Below are positions 16,924 to 25,350 of a stretch of 64,000 bases of DNA, in pieces. The DNA is taken from positions 150,210-214,209 of the forward strand of contig CAWIZH010000003.1 of NCBI GenBank assembly GCA_963840565.1, written 5' to 3'. This DNA comes from an uncultured Solirubrobacterales bacterium (GTDB lineage: Bacteria; Actinomycetota; Thermoleophilia; Solirubrobacterales; 70-9). How positions within the stretch are numbered: position 1 is the stretch's first letter; each line of letters starts with the position of its first letter. The notes under the pieces are model-generated. The model saw nothing but the letters and a program-made list of their open reading frames with translations, had not been told where the DNA came from and ran no database searches. A program made the translations under genes and the position numbers.

Positions 16924-18086
16924 CAGGCGCTCGCCCCCGCCAGCTCGACGACCCGCTTGGCGGCGCCGAGCATCGTCGTCTCCTGCGTCAAATTGGGCAA
17001 ATTGGCCTCGGCGAGAATCGCCAGGCCCTGCTCAGAGTTGGTGCCATCGAGGCGCACGACCAGCGGCAGCTTCAGGTCCATCTGCCGCGAGGCGGTGACG
17101 ATCCCGTTGGCGATCTCGTCGCAGCGGGTGATGCCGCCGAAAATGTTGAAGAGGATCGCCGTGACCTTCTGATCGGAGGTGATCACGGTCAGCGCGTCGA
17201 CGATCGCCTCGGCCTTGGAGCCACCGCCGGCGTCGAGGAAGTTGGCCGGGGCGCCGCCCGCCTGGGCGACGACGTCCAGTGTCGACATGCAGAGACCGGC
17301 GCCGTTGGCGAGGATGCCGACGTTGCCGTCGAGCTTGACGTAGGTGAGGCCCTTCTCCTTCGCCATCGCCTCCTGCGGATCCTCGGCGGTGTCGGCGATC
17401 TCGGCCAGGTCCTGGTGGCGGAAGAGGGCGTTGCCGTCGATCGTGACCTTGGCGTCGAGCGCAACGACCTCGCGGTCGTTGGTGACGATCAGCGGGTTGA
17501 CCTCGATCAGGTTGGCGTCCTCGGCGCTCGCCACCTCGGCCAGCTTCACGAGGACCTCGGCAGCCTGGTCGCGCACGTCCTCGTCGAGGCCGGCGGCATC
17601 GACGATCGGCCGCGCCGCGGCGGCGTCGAAGGGTCGGGTCGGGTCGATGTGGACCTTGACCAGCGCGTCGGGGTCCTCCGCAGCGACGGCCTCGATATCC
17701 ATGCCGCCCTTGGCGGAGACCATCGCCAGCAGCTTCTTCTCGCCACGGTCGAGGATCACCGAGGCGTAGTACTCGGAGGCGATGTCGGAACCGCCCTCGA
17801 TCCAGACCTGGTCGACCCGGAAGGGCCCCTCGCCGTGCGGGCCGACGATGTCCATGCCGAGGATTGCGTCGGCGTAGGTGCGCGCCTCCTCGACATCCTT
17901 GGCGATCTTGATCCCGCCGGCCTTGCCGCGGCCGCCGATCAGCACCTGGGCCTTGATCGCGCAGGGATAGCCGATCCGCTCCGCCGCGGCGACCGCGTCG
18001 TCGACCGTCGCGGCGACCTCGCCGCTCGGCACGGCGACGCCGTGCTTGGCGAAAAGCTGCTTGCCCTGATACTCGAGGAGGTCCAT
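16923..18086 (-). CDS. sucC: succinyl-CoA synthetase beta subunit
   Basis: MDLLEYQGKQLFAKHGVAVP...AQVLIGGRGKAGGIK. The ATG at 18086 was chosen inside the 660-aa ORF, whose first 273 codons are an upstream extension. Confidence 0.92.
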   Translation of the reverse strand: MDLLEYQGKQLFAKHGVAVPSGEVAATVDDAVAAAERIGYPCAIKAQVLIGGRGKAGGIKIAKDVEEARTYADAILGMDIVGPHGEGPFRVDQVWIEGGSDIASEYYASVILDRGEKKLLAMVSAKGGMDIEAVAAEDPDALVKVHIDPTRPFDAAAARPIVDAAGLDEDVRDQAAEVLVKLAEVASAEDANLIEVNPLIVTNDREVVALDAKVTIDGNALFRHQDLAEIADTAEDPQEAMAKEKGLTYVKLDGNVGILANGAGLCMSTLDVVAQAGGAPANFLDAGGGSKAEAIVDALTVITSDQKVTAILFNIFGGITRCDEIANGIVTASRQMDLKLPLVVRLDGTNSEQGLAILAEANLPNLTQETTMLGAAKRVVELAGASA

Positions 18087-18200
18087 GGGTGGAAGGTGCG
18101 CCCTGCGGCGCGGGCGGCAGCCTATCCGACCTTTCGATCCGACCGAGTTCCAGTGGCGCGCCGCCCGGCTTCGAAGCGATTGGCATAATGCGCCGCCGCT

Positions 18201-18884
18201 ATGCCTCTCCCGAGCCTCAAAACCGTTAAATGGGTCACCACCGACTGTTACGGCACCCTGATCGACTGGGAGAAAGGCATCATCGACGCCTGCAAGAAAG
18301 AGGCGGAGAAAGACGGCTTCAGCTTCGAAGAGGAGCCCTTCCTGGCCCGCTTCATGGAGATCCAGGCCGAAATCATGGCCGGCTCCTACGAGCTCTACGC
18401 CGAGGTGCTGCGTCGCACGATCGTCAAGGTCGCCGGCGAGCTGGGCTGGGAGATCGAGCCCTCGCGGGCCCAGTTCCTGCCCAACAGCGTCGCCTACTGG
18501 CTGCCCTTCCGCGAGTCCAACGCGGCGATGGACCGGCTCGGCAAACGCTACGAGATCGGCATCGTCTCCAACATCGACGACAAACTGCTCGGCATCTCGC
18601 GCCGCCACCTGCGCACCGAACTCGACCTCGTCGTCACCGCCCAGCAGGTGCGCAGCTACAAGCCCGATCCCGTCCACTTCAAAGAGGCGGCACGGCGGAT
18701 CGGCGGCAAGAAAGGCTGGCTGCACATCGGCTGCAACTACACCAACGATGTCGCCCCGCTGCTGAAAATGAACGTGCCGGTGATCTGGGTCAACCGCCAC
18801 GGCGAGAAACTCGAAGGCCGCAAGGCGCCAAGCGCCACCGTGAAAACCTTCCGCGACGCCGCCAAAAAGCTCGGCGCGTCCTGA
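18201..18884 (+). CDS. HAD-superfamily hydrolase (haloacid dehalogenase type II-like)
   Basis: TTDCYGTLIDWE (motif I variant), IVSNID and YKPDPVHF. Confidence 0.65.
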   Translation: MPLPSLKTVKWVTTDCYGTLIDWEKGIIDACKKEAEKDGFSFEEEPFLARFMEIQAEIMAGSYELYAEVLRRTIVKVAGELGWEIEPSRAQFLPNSVAYWLPFRESNAAMDRLGKRYEIGIVSNIDDKLLGISRRHLRTELDLVVTAQQVRSYKPDPVHFKEAARRIGGKKGWLHIGCNYTNDVAPLLKMNVPVIWVNRHGEKLEGRKAPSATVKTFRDAAKKLGAS

Positions 18885-18960
18885 GCGATCTCTAGCGTTT
18901 CGCAACTTCGGCTGGCGCAGTTGTTTCGACCCTCATAGGTCGCGCCGCCGGCGGCTACCC

Positions 18961-20772
18961 ATGGATCGACTGGAACAAAGCAGGGTTTCTCGCAGCGCCC
19001 GCCTGTCCCTCGCGGCCGGCCTGCTGATGCTGCTCTGCCTGCTCCTCCTCGCCGGCCCCCGCTCCAGCGCCGCGGCCGAAACGGCCGAACGGCCCAGCTT
19101 CGTCGTGATCCAGACCGACGACCAGACCCTCGACGAGCTCTACGCGACCTTTGGCCAGCCGAAGCTGCAGGCGATGCCCAACACGCTCAACCTGATCGCC
19201 AAACGCGGTGAGACCTTCAACAACTACTACGTCTCCTACCCGCTCTGCTGCCCCTCGCGGGTCAGCCTGCTGACCGGTCGCTACGCCCACAACAACGGCG
19301 TCAAAGGCAACATCCAGCCAAACGGCGGCTACTTCGGCTTCTCCTTCCGCGCCGCCTACAGCCACAACCTCGCCACCTGGCTGCAGGGCGCCGGCTACCG
19401 CACGATCCACGTCGGCAAGTTCCTCAACGGCTACGGCGACGAACCGTACTCAAACGGCACCGAAGTCCCGCCCGGCTGGAGCGCCTGGCACACGGTGGAG
19501 AAGGCCGATACCGAGCACTACTACTACGGCTACTCGCTCAACAACAACGGCCAGATCGAAGGCCCCTACGGCGACTCCGGCAGCTGGGACACGCGCGAAT
19601 ACGGCGCCCGCGACGACATCGGCTGCCCCTTCGCCCCGCTCAACGGACAGCCCTGCTTCTACGAGACCGACACGCTGACCAACATCGCCACCGCGGAGCT
19701 GCAGGGAACCTCGCCGGAACAGCCCTTCTACCTGCAACTCGACTACACGGCTCCGCACGGTGACTTCCGCCACCCGGCCGGGCCCGAGCCGGCGCCGCGT
19801 CACTACGACTGGTTCAAGGGCGCCCCCTTGCCGCACAACCGCTCGGAAGGGTTCGACGAGGGCAACGTCTCCGACAAGCCGCGCTTCATCCGCGAAGCGC
19901 CGTACCTCGGGCTCAGCGACATCCACACCTACCGCGTCTACTACGACAAGGCGCTCGAGTCGCTGCGTTCGATCGACGACGGGGTCAAGCAGCTGGTCGA
20001 CACGCTCGGTTCCCAGCATCGCCTGCGCAACACCTACATCATCTTCACCTCCGACAACGGCTTCTTCTACGGCGAGCACCGCCTGATCGGCGGCAAGTTC
20101 CTCGCCTACGAGCCCTCGACCCACCTCCCCTTCCTGATCCGCGGGCCGCACATCCGCGCCGGCACCGAATCGAACGAGATCGTGGGCAACATCGACATCG
20201 CCCCGACCGTGCTCGAACTGGCCGGGGTCGAACCCGACAAGAGCGTCGACGGGCGCTCGATGACGCCGTTCCTGCAGGACCCAGACCTGACCACCCTGCG
20301 CCCGTACCTCTTCGAGTCCTTCGTCGAGAGCTCCGACGTGGTCGAAGCCGGCGCGATCGCCGAACCGGGCGACCAGAGCAGCTCGACGACAGCCCGGGCA
20401 CGGCGCAGCGCCGGCGCCACCGCCTCGATCCTGGCGCCGCCCAAGGACTACGAGGGGCTGCGCCTCGGTCCCTACAAGTACATCGCCTGGCCCGACGGGG
20501 AGAAGGAGCTCTACGACCTCGAAAAGGACCCCTACGAGCTCAACAACATCGTCCGCATCCCCAACTACTTCCCGGTCCGCAACTTCCTCCACCGCGAACT
20601 GCTCAACCGGCTCGAGGACTGCGTCGGGCGGGTCTGCCGCGAAGAAGCCGCGGAAATCCCGCTTACCCGCAAGGAACGCCAGGAGGCGATCCGCATCCGC
20701 GAAAAGGAACGCAGGGAAAAACGCCAGAAGCACAAGCCGTCGCAGAAAAAGCAGCTGCAGCGGCACAGGTAG
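18961..20772 (+). CDS. exported Cys-type sulfatase
   Basis: Signal peptide, VVIQTDDQ, and the sulfatase signature PLCCPSRVSLLTGRY (C-x-P-x-R formylglycine site). It carries an unusual Lys/Arg-rich C-terminal tail. Confidence 0.85.
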   Translation: MDRLEQSRVSRSARLSLAAGLLMLLCLLLLAGPRSSAAAETAERPSFVVIQTDDQTLDELYATFGQPKLQAMPNTLNLIAKRGETFNNYYVSYPLCCPSRVSLLTGRYAHNNGVKGNIQPNGGYFGFSFRAAYSHNLATWLQGAGYRTIHVGKFLNGYGDEPYSNGTEVPPGWSAWHTVEKADTEHYYYGYSLNNNGQIEGPYGDSGSWDTREYGARDDIGCPFAPLNGQPCFYETDTLTNIATAELQGTSPEQPFYLQLDYTAPHGDFRHPAGPEPAPRHYDWFKGAPLPHNRSEGFDEGNVSDKPRFIREAPYLGLSDIHTYRVYYDKALESLRSIDDGVKQLVDTLGSQHRLRNTYIIFTSDNGFFYGEHRLIGGKFLAYEPSTHLPFLIRGPHIRAGTESNEIVGNIDIAPTVLELAGVEPDKSVDGRSMTPFLQDPDLTTLRPYLFESFVESSDVVEAGAIAEPGDQSSSTTARARRSAGATASILAPPKDYEGLRLGPYKYIAWPDGEKELYDLEKDPYELNNIVRIPNYFPVRNFLHRELLNRLEDCVGRVCREEAAEIPLTRKERQEAIRIREKERREKRQKHKPSQKKQLQRHR

Positions 20773-20878
20773 CCGTCGGGGTCGCTCCCCGCTCAACTTT
20801 TTCGGTGGTACCGCAGCGGCTGGCAGAGATTGAATCGCCGAAAAAGTACAAGCCGCGGGGAGCGACCCCGACGGCTAC
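20769..20878. repeat. 110-bp nested palindrome with 24-bp perfect terminal inverted repeats
   Basis: GTAGCCGTCGGGGTCGCTCCCCGC (20769-20792) pairs with GCGGGGAGCGACCCCGACGGCTAC (20855-20878). A subterminal CTTTTTCGG pairs with CCGAAAAAG. Each arm is itself a CGGGG-N5-CCCCG hairpin followed by a T-tract. Confidence 0.8.
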
Positions 20879-22635
20879 TCGATTACTGCTAGGACGTCGC
20901 CGGAGGAAACAGCAGCGCCCTCCGTGACGTTGAGAGAGGTGACTTTTCCGGCGCGGTGGGCGACGATCTCGTTCTCCATCTTCATCGCCTCGATCACGCA
21001 GATCAGGTCGCCCTCGGCGACCTCGGCGCCTTTCTCGACCGCGACTTTGAAGACGGTGCCCTGCAGCGGCGAGGGCAACGACTCGCTCGAGGCGCCACCG
21101 CCGCCACCGGCCTTGCGCTCGCGTTTGGGCGGCCGCTTGCCGCCCGCGGCGGGCGCCGCACCACCGGCGATCGCCTCGCCGATCACCTTGACGTCGAAGA
21201 GCTTGCCGGAGACCTCAACCTTGTAGTCGCGGGCGACGACCTCGGCGCCCTCCTCGACCTCCGGCGCCTCGACCTGCTCCGGCGCCGTGGCCTTCAGCCA
21301 GTCCCGGTCCTCCATCAGGTCGCGGCAGGTCTCGCCCTTGGCCCACTGCTCGGTGGCGAGGATCGCTTCATGGAACGGGATCAGCGTGGTCAGGCCGCCG
21401 GAGTCGTATTCGCCGAGCGCCCGCAGCATCCGCCGCGTCGCCTTCTCGCGATCGACGTCCCAGACGATCAGCTTGGCCACCATCGGGTCGTACATCGGCG
21501 TCACCTCGGAGCCGCCTTCGACCCCGGAATCAACCCGCACGCCGGGCCCCGACGGCTCGCGGTAGGAGTCGCCGATCGGGCCGGGCGCGGGGGCGAATTT
21601 CTTGTGCGCCGCCTCGGCGTTGATCCGGCACTCAATCGACCAGCCGCGCAGCTCGACGTCCTCCTGGGCGATCGAGAGCGGCTCCCCGGCCGCGACCAGG
21701 ATCTGCTCGCGGACGATGTCGACGCCGCTGATCATCTCGGTCACGCAGTGCTCGACCTGCACCCGCGTGTTCATCTCGAGGAAGAAGTACTCGTCGCCGA
21801 CCTGCATGCCCTCGATCGTGCCGGCACCGCGGTAGCCGACCGCCGCCGCCGCGTCGGTGGCGATCTTGCCGATCCGCTCGCGCATCTCCTCGTCGACGTG
21901 CGGGCCCGGCGCCTCCTCGATCACCTTCTGATGACGGCGCTGGATCGAGCAGTCGCGCTCGCCGAGGTGGATCACGTTGCCGTGCGAGTCGGCGAGGACC
22001 TGGACCTCGACGTGGCGCGGGTCCTCCAGATAGCGCTCGACGTAGACGCGGTCGTCGGAGAAGAACTTCTCGCCTTCGCGGCCCGAGCCCTCGAAGGCCT
22101 CCTCGAGGTCGTCGGGGGTCATCGCGACGCGGAAGCCCTTGCCGCCGCCGCCGCCGGCGGCCTTGCAGGCGACCGGGTAGCCGGCTTCGTCGGCCTGGCG
22201 CCTGGCCTCCTCGAGGTCTTTGGCGACCTCGGTCGAGCCGGGGACGATCGGCACCCCGGCCTGCTCCATGATCTCGCGCGCCTTCGTCTTCGACCCCATC
22301 GCTTCGATCGCCTCCGGCGGTGGGCCGATCCAGGTGATGCCGGCCTCGGCGCAGGCGCGAGCCATCTCGGCGTTCTCGGCGAGGAAGCCGTAGCCGGGAT
22401 GAATGCCTTCCGCCCCCGCCTCCTTGGCCGTCTCGATGATCTTGGCGATGTTGAGGTAGCTCTCAGCCGGCACCGCGGGGCCGATCAGGAAGGCCTCGTC
22501 GGCCTCGCGCACGTGCGGCGCATCGCGATCGATCTCCGAGTAGACGGCGACCGAGCCGATGCCCATCTCCTTCAGGGTGCGGGCGACCCGGATCGCGATC
22601 TCGCCGCGGTTGGCTATGAGGACCTTCTGAAACAC
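20875..22635 (-). CDS. acetyl/propionyl-CoA carboxylase alpha chain (biotin carboxylase fused to BCCP)
   Basis: KVLIANRGEIAIRV, the ATP-grasp core, and the C-terminal biotinylation motif EAMKMENEI. The start codon is GTG. Confidence 0.92.
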   Translation of the reverse strand: MFQKVLIANRGEIAIRVARTLKEMGIGSVAVYSEIDRDAPHVREADEAFLIGPAVPAESYLNIAKIIETAKEAGAEGIHPGYGFLAENAEMARACAEAGITWIGPPPEAIEAMGSKTKAREIMEQAGVPIVPGSTEVAKDLEEARRQADEAGYPVACKAAGGGGGKGFRVAMTPDDLEEAFEGSGREGEKFFSDDRVYVERYLEDPRHVEVQVLADSHGNVIHLGERDCSIQRRHQKVIEEAPGPHVDEEMRERIGKIATDAAAAVGYRGAGTIEGMQVGDEYFFLEMNTRVQVEHCVTEMISGVDIVREQILVAAGEPLSIAQEDVELRGWSIECRINAEAAHKKFAPAPGPIGDSYREPSGPGVRVDSGVEGGSEVTPMYDPMVAKLIVWDVDREKATRRMLRALGEYDSGGLTTLIPFHEAILATEQWAKGETCRDLMEDRDWLKATAPEQVEAPEVEEGAEVVARDYKVEVSGKLFDVKVIGEAIAGGAAPAAGGKRPPKRERKAGGGGGASSESLPSPLQGTVFKVAVEKGAEVAEGDLICVIEAMKMENEIVAHRAGKVTSLNVTEGAAVSSGDVLAVIE

Positions 22636-22700
22636 GGGGGCGGCAGTCTATTTATGCGGGCGGCGGTCGGTCGCCAAGCCCGTCGACGCGCCAAGCCCAT

Positions 22701-23681
22701 TCAAATAACCAAAAACCGCATCCTCTCTGAGGGGGTGACCTCATCGAGCAAGGCGTAGATCAGGTCTCCGTAGCGCGACGCGCGATCTAGCGCCTCCGTT
22801 CGACTTTGAGGCTCGGCAAACTCAATCAGGAGGAGATCCTCATCGCTCTGCACCTGATCTAGGAATTCGCCGTACAGGACAGCGAGCTGGTCAACCAAGC
22901 TGGCTGCGATCTTGCCGCTCTCGCGTAGCCGATCGAACCGCTCAGCCGGTGTGATGCGACACAAATCGAAGACCTGATCTGGCTTGACAGGCGCCGGCAT
23001 GGCACTGAGATTGGCGACCATCGAAAAGCACGTGGCCAGACGGCTGACCTTGAGCTTGTAGTTCTTGAGCGCGCTGTCGGCCTTTTTGTGCCGAAGCTCC
23101 TCTTCGGTCAACGGCACCGCCAGATTGAGCCGATGGTGCTCATAGTTGAGCGTCAGAGTGCGCCAGAAGCGAAGGATGTCGTTGACCAAGAAGGTGGGAA
23201 GGAAGCTGTTGGCGTGGTCTGTGAAATCTCGGTAGTAGAAACCGATGATGCGCTCCAAGAGCCTCGTGTACACGGCCTCATCGTGCAGCGGCTGGCTCTC
23301 CAGCAGAAGCAGCATTCGCGCCGTGAACGCATTGAGTGAGTCGTCGTTTGGGCTCCCCAGCACCCGCTCCATTTCGCTCACGTACTGCACCTCGAGGTAC
23401 ATGCCGTCCTTCGAGAACGGCGGAAAGCCCATCCCTTGAGCGATCTCGATCAAACGCGCTGATAGCCGTACGAAACTCGTCCACGGGAAGCGTTCGGTCT
23501 TGTCGGCGCTGTCGTAGAGGAAGAACGGGTCAATATCCGATCCCGACCATGCCTCAAGGCGCCCAAACGAGCCGGTCACGTAAACGCACAGCGGATGCCC
23601 GTCCAACAACGGGCCCGCATCGAGTTGCTCACTGAGTTCGCGCAGTCGCCTCAGCGAGTAATCTCGGGGGGACTCATCCAC
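22701..23681 (-). CDS. stand-alone GlnD/GlnE/DUF294-like nucleotidyltransferase
   Basis: VTGSFGRLEAWSGSDIDPFFLY matches the G[GS]xGRxE...SD[IL]D pattern of the protein-NMPylating pol-beta NTases. TARMLLLLESQPLHDEAVY and NDILRFWRTLTL are like the GlnD helical region. GC is lower than the flanks. The start codon is GTG. Confidence 0.55.
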   Translation of the reverse strand: MDESPRDYSLRRLRELSEQLDAGPLLDGHPLCVYVTGSFGRLEAWSGSDIDPFFLYDSADKTERFPWTSFVRLSARLIEIAQGMGFPPFSKDGMYLEVQYVSEMERVLGSPNDDSLNAFTARMLLLLESQPLHDEAVYTRLLERIIGFYYRDFTDHANSFLPTFLVNDILRFWRTLTLNYEHHRLNLAVPLTEEELRHKKADSALKNYKLKVSRLATCFSMVANLSAMPAPVKPDQVFDLCRITPAERFDRLRESGKIAASLVDQLAVLYGEFLDQVQSDEDLLLIEFAEPQSRTEALDRASRYGDLIYALLDEVTPSERMRFLVI

Positions 23682-23741
23682 GGGCCGCAGAATACGGCTT
23701 TAGGCAACTACGTCCGCCACGACCCCGATGATCATCGTGCC

Positions 23742-24416
23742 ATGAATACGCCTGCAATACGCCCCGATCTCTATATATCCGCCGATGTCGAGACCGACGG
23801 ATCGGTTCCAGGTCCCTACTCACTTCTTTCCTTCGGCCTGTCTGCCGTCGGCAAATACGACGGGCAGAGCTTTGAGCGCTGGCCGGGTCGAGAACGAACC
23901 TTCTATCGCGAACTGAAGCCGATTTCTCCAGACTTCCAACCAGAAGCGCTCGAGGTCAATGGCCTTGATCGCGATCAGCTTCTCGAGACGGGACACGACC
24001 CAGCCGAGGCAATGACCGAAGCGGCCGAGTGGGTCAGGTCGATGTGCCCGGAGTGCAGACCGGTCCTAGTCGCGTATCCGGTCGCATTTGATTGGGCCTT
24101 CCTCTACTGGTATTTCGAGCGCTTTGCGCCCGAGGGCTCTCCCTTTGGGCACTCGTCGTGCCTCGACATCCGCACCCTTTACCAGGCTGTGGCCGGTACG
24201 GTCTTCGATCGATCCGGCAAGACCGCGATGCCCGACTTCTTGCGCCCGAGTTCCCCGCATACCCATAATGCGCTCGATGACGCGATCGAGCAAGGGGAGC
24301 TGTTTGCGAATCTTCTGGACTGGTCTATGCGTCGACGAGAGAGCGTCGTTCGCCAGGACGAGCCGCAGAACTCCGGGCCATCATGGCTGACCCCCCATAT
24401 CCTGCGGATTGCTTGA
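23742..24416 (+). CDS. DEDDh (DnaQ-like) 3'-5' exonuclease
   Basis: Exo I YISADVETDG, Exo II AYPVAFDWAFLYWY, Exo III HTHNALDDAIEQ. The ATG at 23742 lies within the longer ORF. Confidence 0.7.
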   Translation: MNTPAIRPDLYISADVETDGSVPGPYSLLSFGLSAVGKYDGQSFERWPGRERTFYRELKPISPDFQPEALEVNGLDRDQLLETGHDPAEAMTEAAEWVRSMCPECRPVLVAYPVAFDWAFLYWYFERFAPEGSPFGHSSCLDIRTLYQAVAGTVFDRSGKTAMPDFLRPSSPHTHNALDDAIEQGELFANLLDWSMRRRESVVRQDEPQNSGPSWLTPHILRIA

Positions 24417-24457
24417 CCCGCCGTTCCGAGCTCCCCTAGGCCTGAGAATCCCGCTGC

Positions 24458-25273
24458 GTGCTGATCGAGCTCCAAAGTCATTCGACCGTTTCCGATGGGC
24501 AGCTTGCGCCCGGGGAAGTCGTCGCGCAGGCCTGGGAAGCGGGCGTCACGACGCTGGCCCTGACCGACCACGATGCGATTGCCGGGGTGGCTGAGGCCGC
24601 TGAGGCCGCTCAGGGTCTGGGCGTTGAGCTGGTGCCGGCGATCGAGATGTCCTGCGTGCACGAGTACGCCGAAGACCTCCACGTCTGCGGCTACTGGGTC
24701 GACCTGGAGGCGATCGCGCCGGCCTGCGAGCGGGCGCAGAAGGAGCGGGTCGACCGGGCCGAGGCGATCATCAAGCGCTTGCGGGGCTGGGGCTTTGAAA
24801 TCAAACTTGAGGACGCGATCAAAGAGGCCGGTGACGCGCTCTCGATCGGCCGCCCCCACATCGCCAAGGCAGCCGGCGCGACCGGCGACCTAGGTCCCTT
24901 CTTCGAGGAGTACCTGGTGCCAGGAGCCAAGGCCTTCGTCCCTCGCGAGTGGCCCACGGCAGAGCAGGCAATAGCCCTGATCCGAGAGGCAGGCGGAGCA
25001 GCCGTAATCGCCCACCCCTACTGGGACATCAAAGACCCCACTGAGGTAGAGGACCTGATCCGCTCCCTAGGAGCCGACGGCGTAGAGACCTTCTATCCCT
25101 CGCACACCAAGGAGCAAACCAAGCATCTGCTCGACCTCTGCGAGGAGCTGAACCTCACTCCCACAGCCTCGTCGGACTACCACGGCCCGACCCACAAGAC
25201 GTTTTCGAAGTTCGGGGACTACGACACCTACGGCCTCGGTGAGCCTCAAGTCCCTGAGAAGGAGGGGCGGTGA
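24458..25273 (+). CDS. PHP-domain phosphoesterase (TrpH/YciV-like)
   Basis: IELQSHSTVSDG, LALTDHDAIAG, IAHPYW and SDYHG metal-ligand motifs. The start codon is GTG. Confidence 0.8.
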   Translation: MLIELQSHSTVSDGQLAPGEVVAQAWEAGVTTLALTDHDAIAGVAEAAEAAQGLGVELVPAIEMSCVHEYAEDLHVCGYWVDLEAIAPACERAQKERVDRAEAIIKRLRGWGFEIKLEDAIKEAGDALSIGRPHIAKAAGATGDLGPFFEEYLVPGAKAFVPREWPTAEQAIALIREAGGAAVIAHPYWDIKDPTEVEDLIRSLGADGVETFYPSHTKEQTKHLLDLCEELNLTPTASSDYHGPTHKTFSKFGDYDTYGLGEPQVPEKEGR

Positions 25274-25337
25274 CCCCTCTCCAAACACTCAAGAGCGGCC
25301 TCCGGCCGCTCGTTTGGGGAGGGGTTGCCGCCCCTCC
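25261..25337. repeat. family-A conserved-core hairpin element, copy 1
   Basis: GGAGGGGCGGTGACCCCTCTCCAAAC | ACTCAAGAGCGGCCTCCGGCCGCTC | GTTTGGGGAGGGGTTGCCGCCCCTCC. The arms pair at 23 Watson-Crick plus 3 G:T positions. Confidence 0.85.
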
Positions 25338-25350
25338 CCACGCATAGTCC

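Noticed and set aside
16923-18905. The 660-aa ORF as a giant SucC fusion, and similar N-terminal extensions: 6876-8048 for folP, 35692-37035 for ald, 32535-35114 for the RTX gene, 38447-39892 for the aminotransferase, and 4603-7041 for the helicase.
   Set aside because: In each case the conserved protein begins at an internal ATG or GTG with a Shine-Dalgarno-like sequence or a stop-start overlap with the upstream gene. The upstream extension overlaps that upstream gene or is low-complexity.
20769-20878. Interpreting the flanking TA...TA as a Tc1/IS630-type target-site duplication, which would prove a MITE.
   Set aside because: The TA dinucleotides are part of the TAG stop codons of both flanking genes. 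The family-B copies do not show symmetric TA flanks, so with one copy in view the TSD reading cannot be separated from coincidence.
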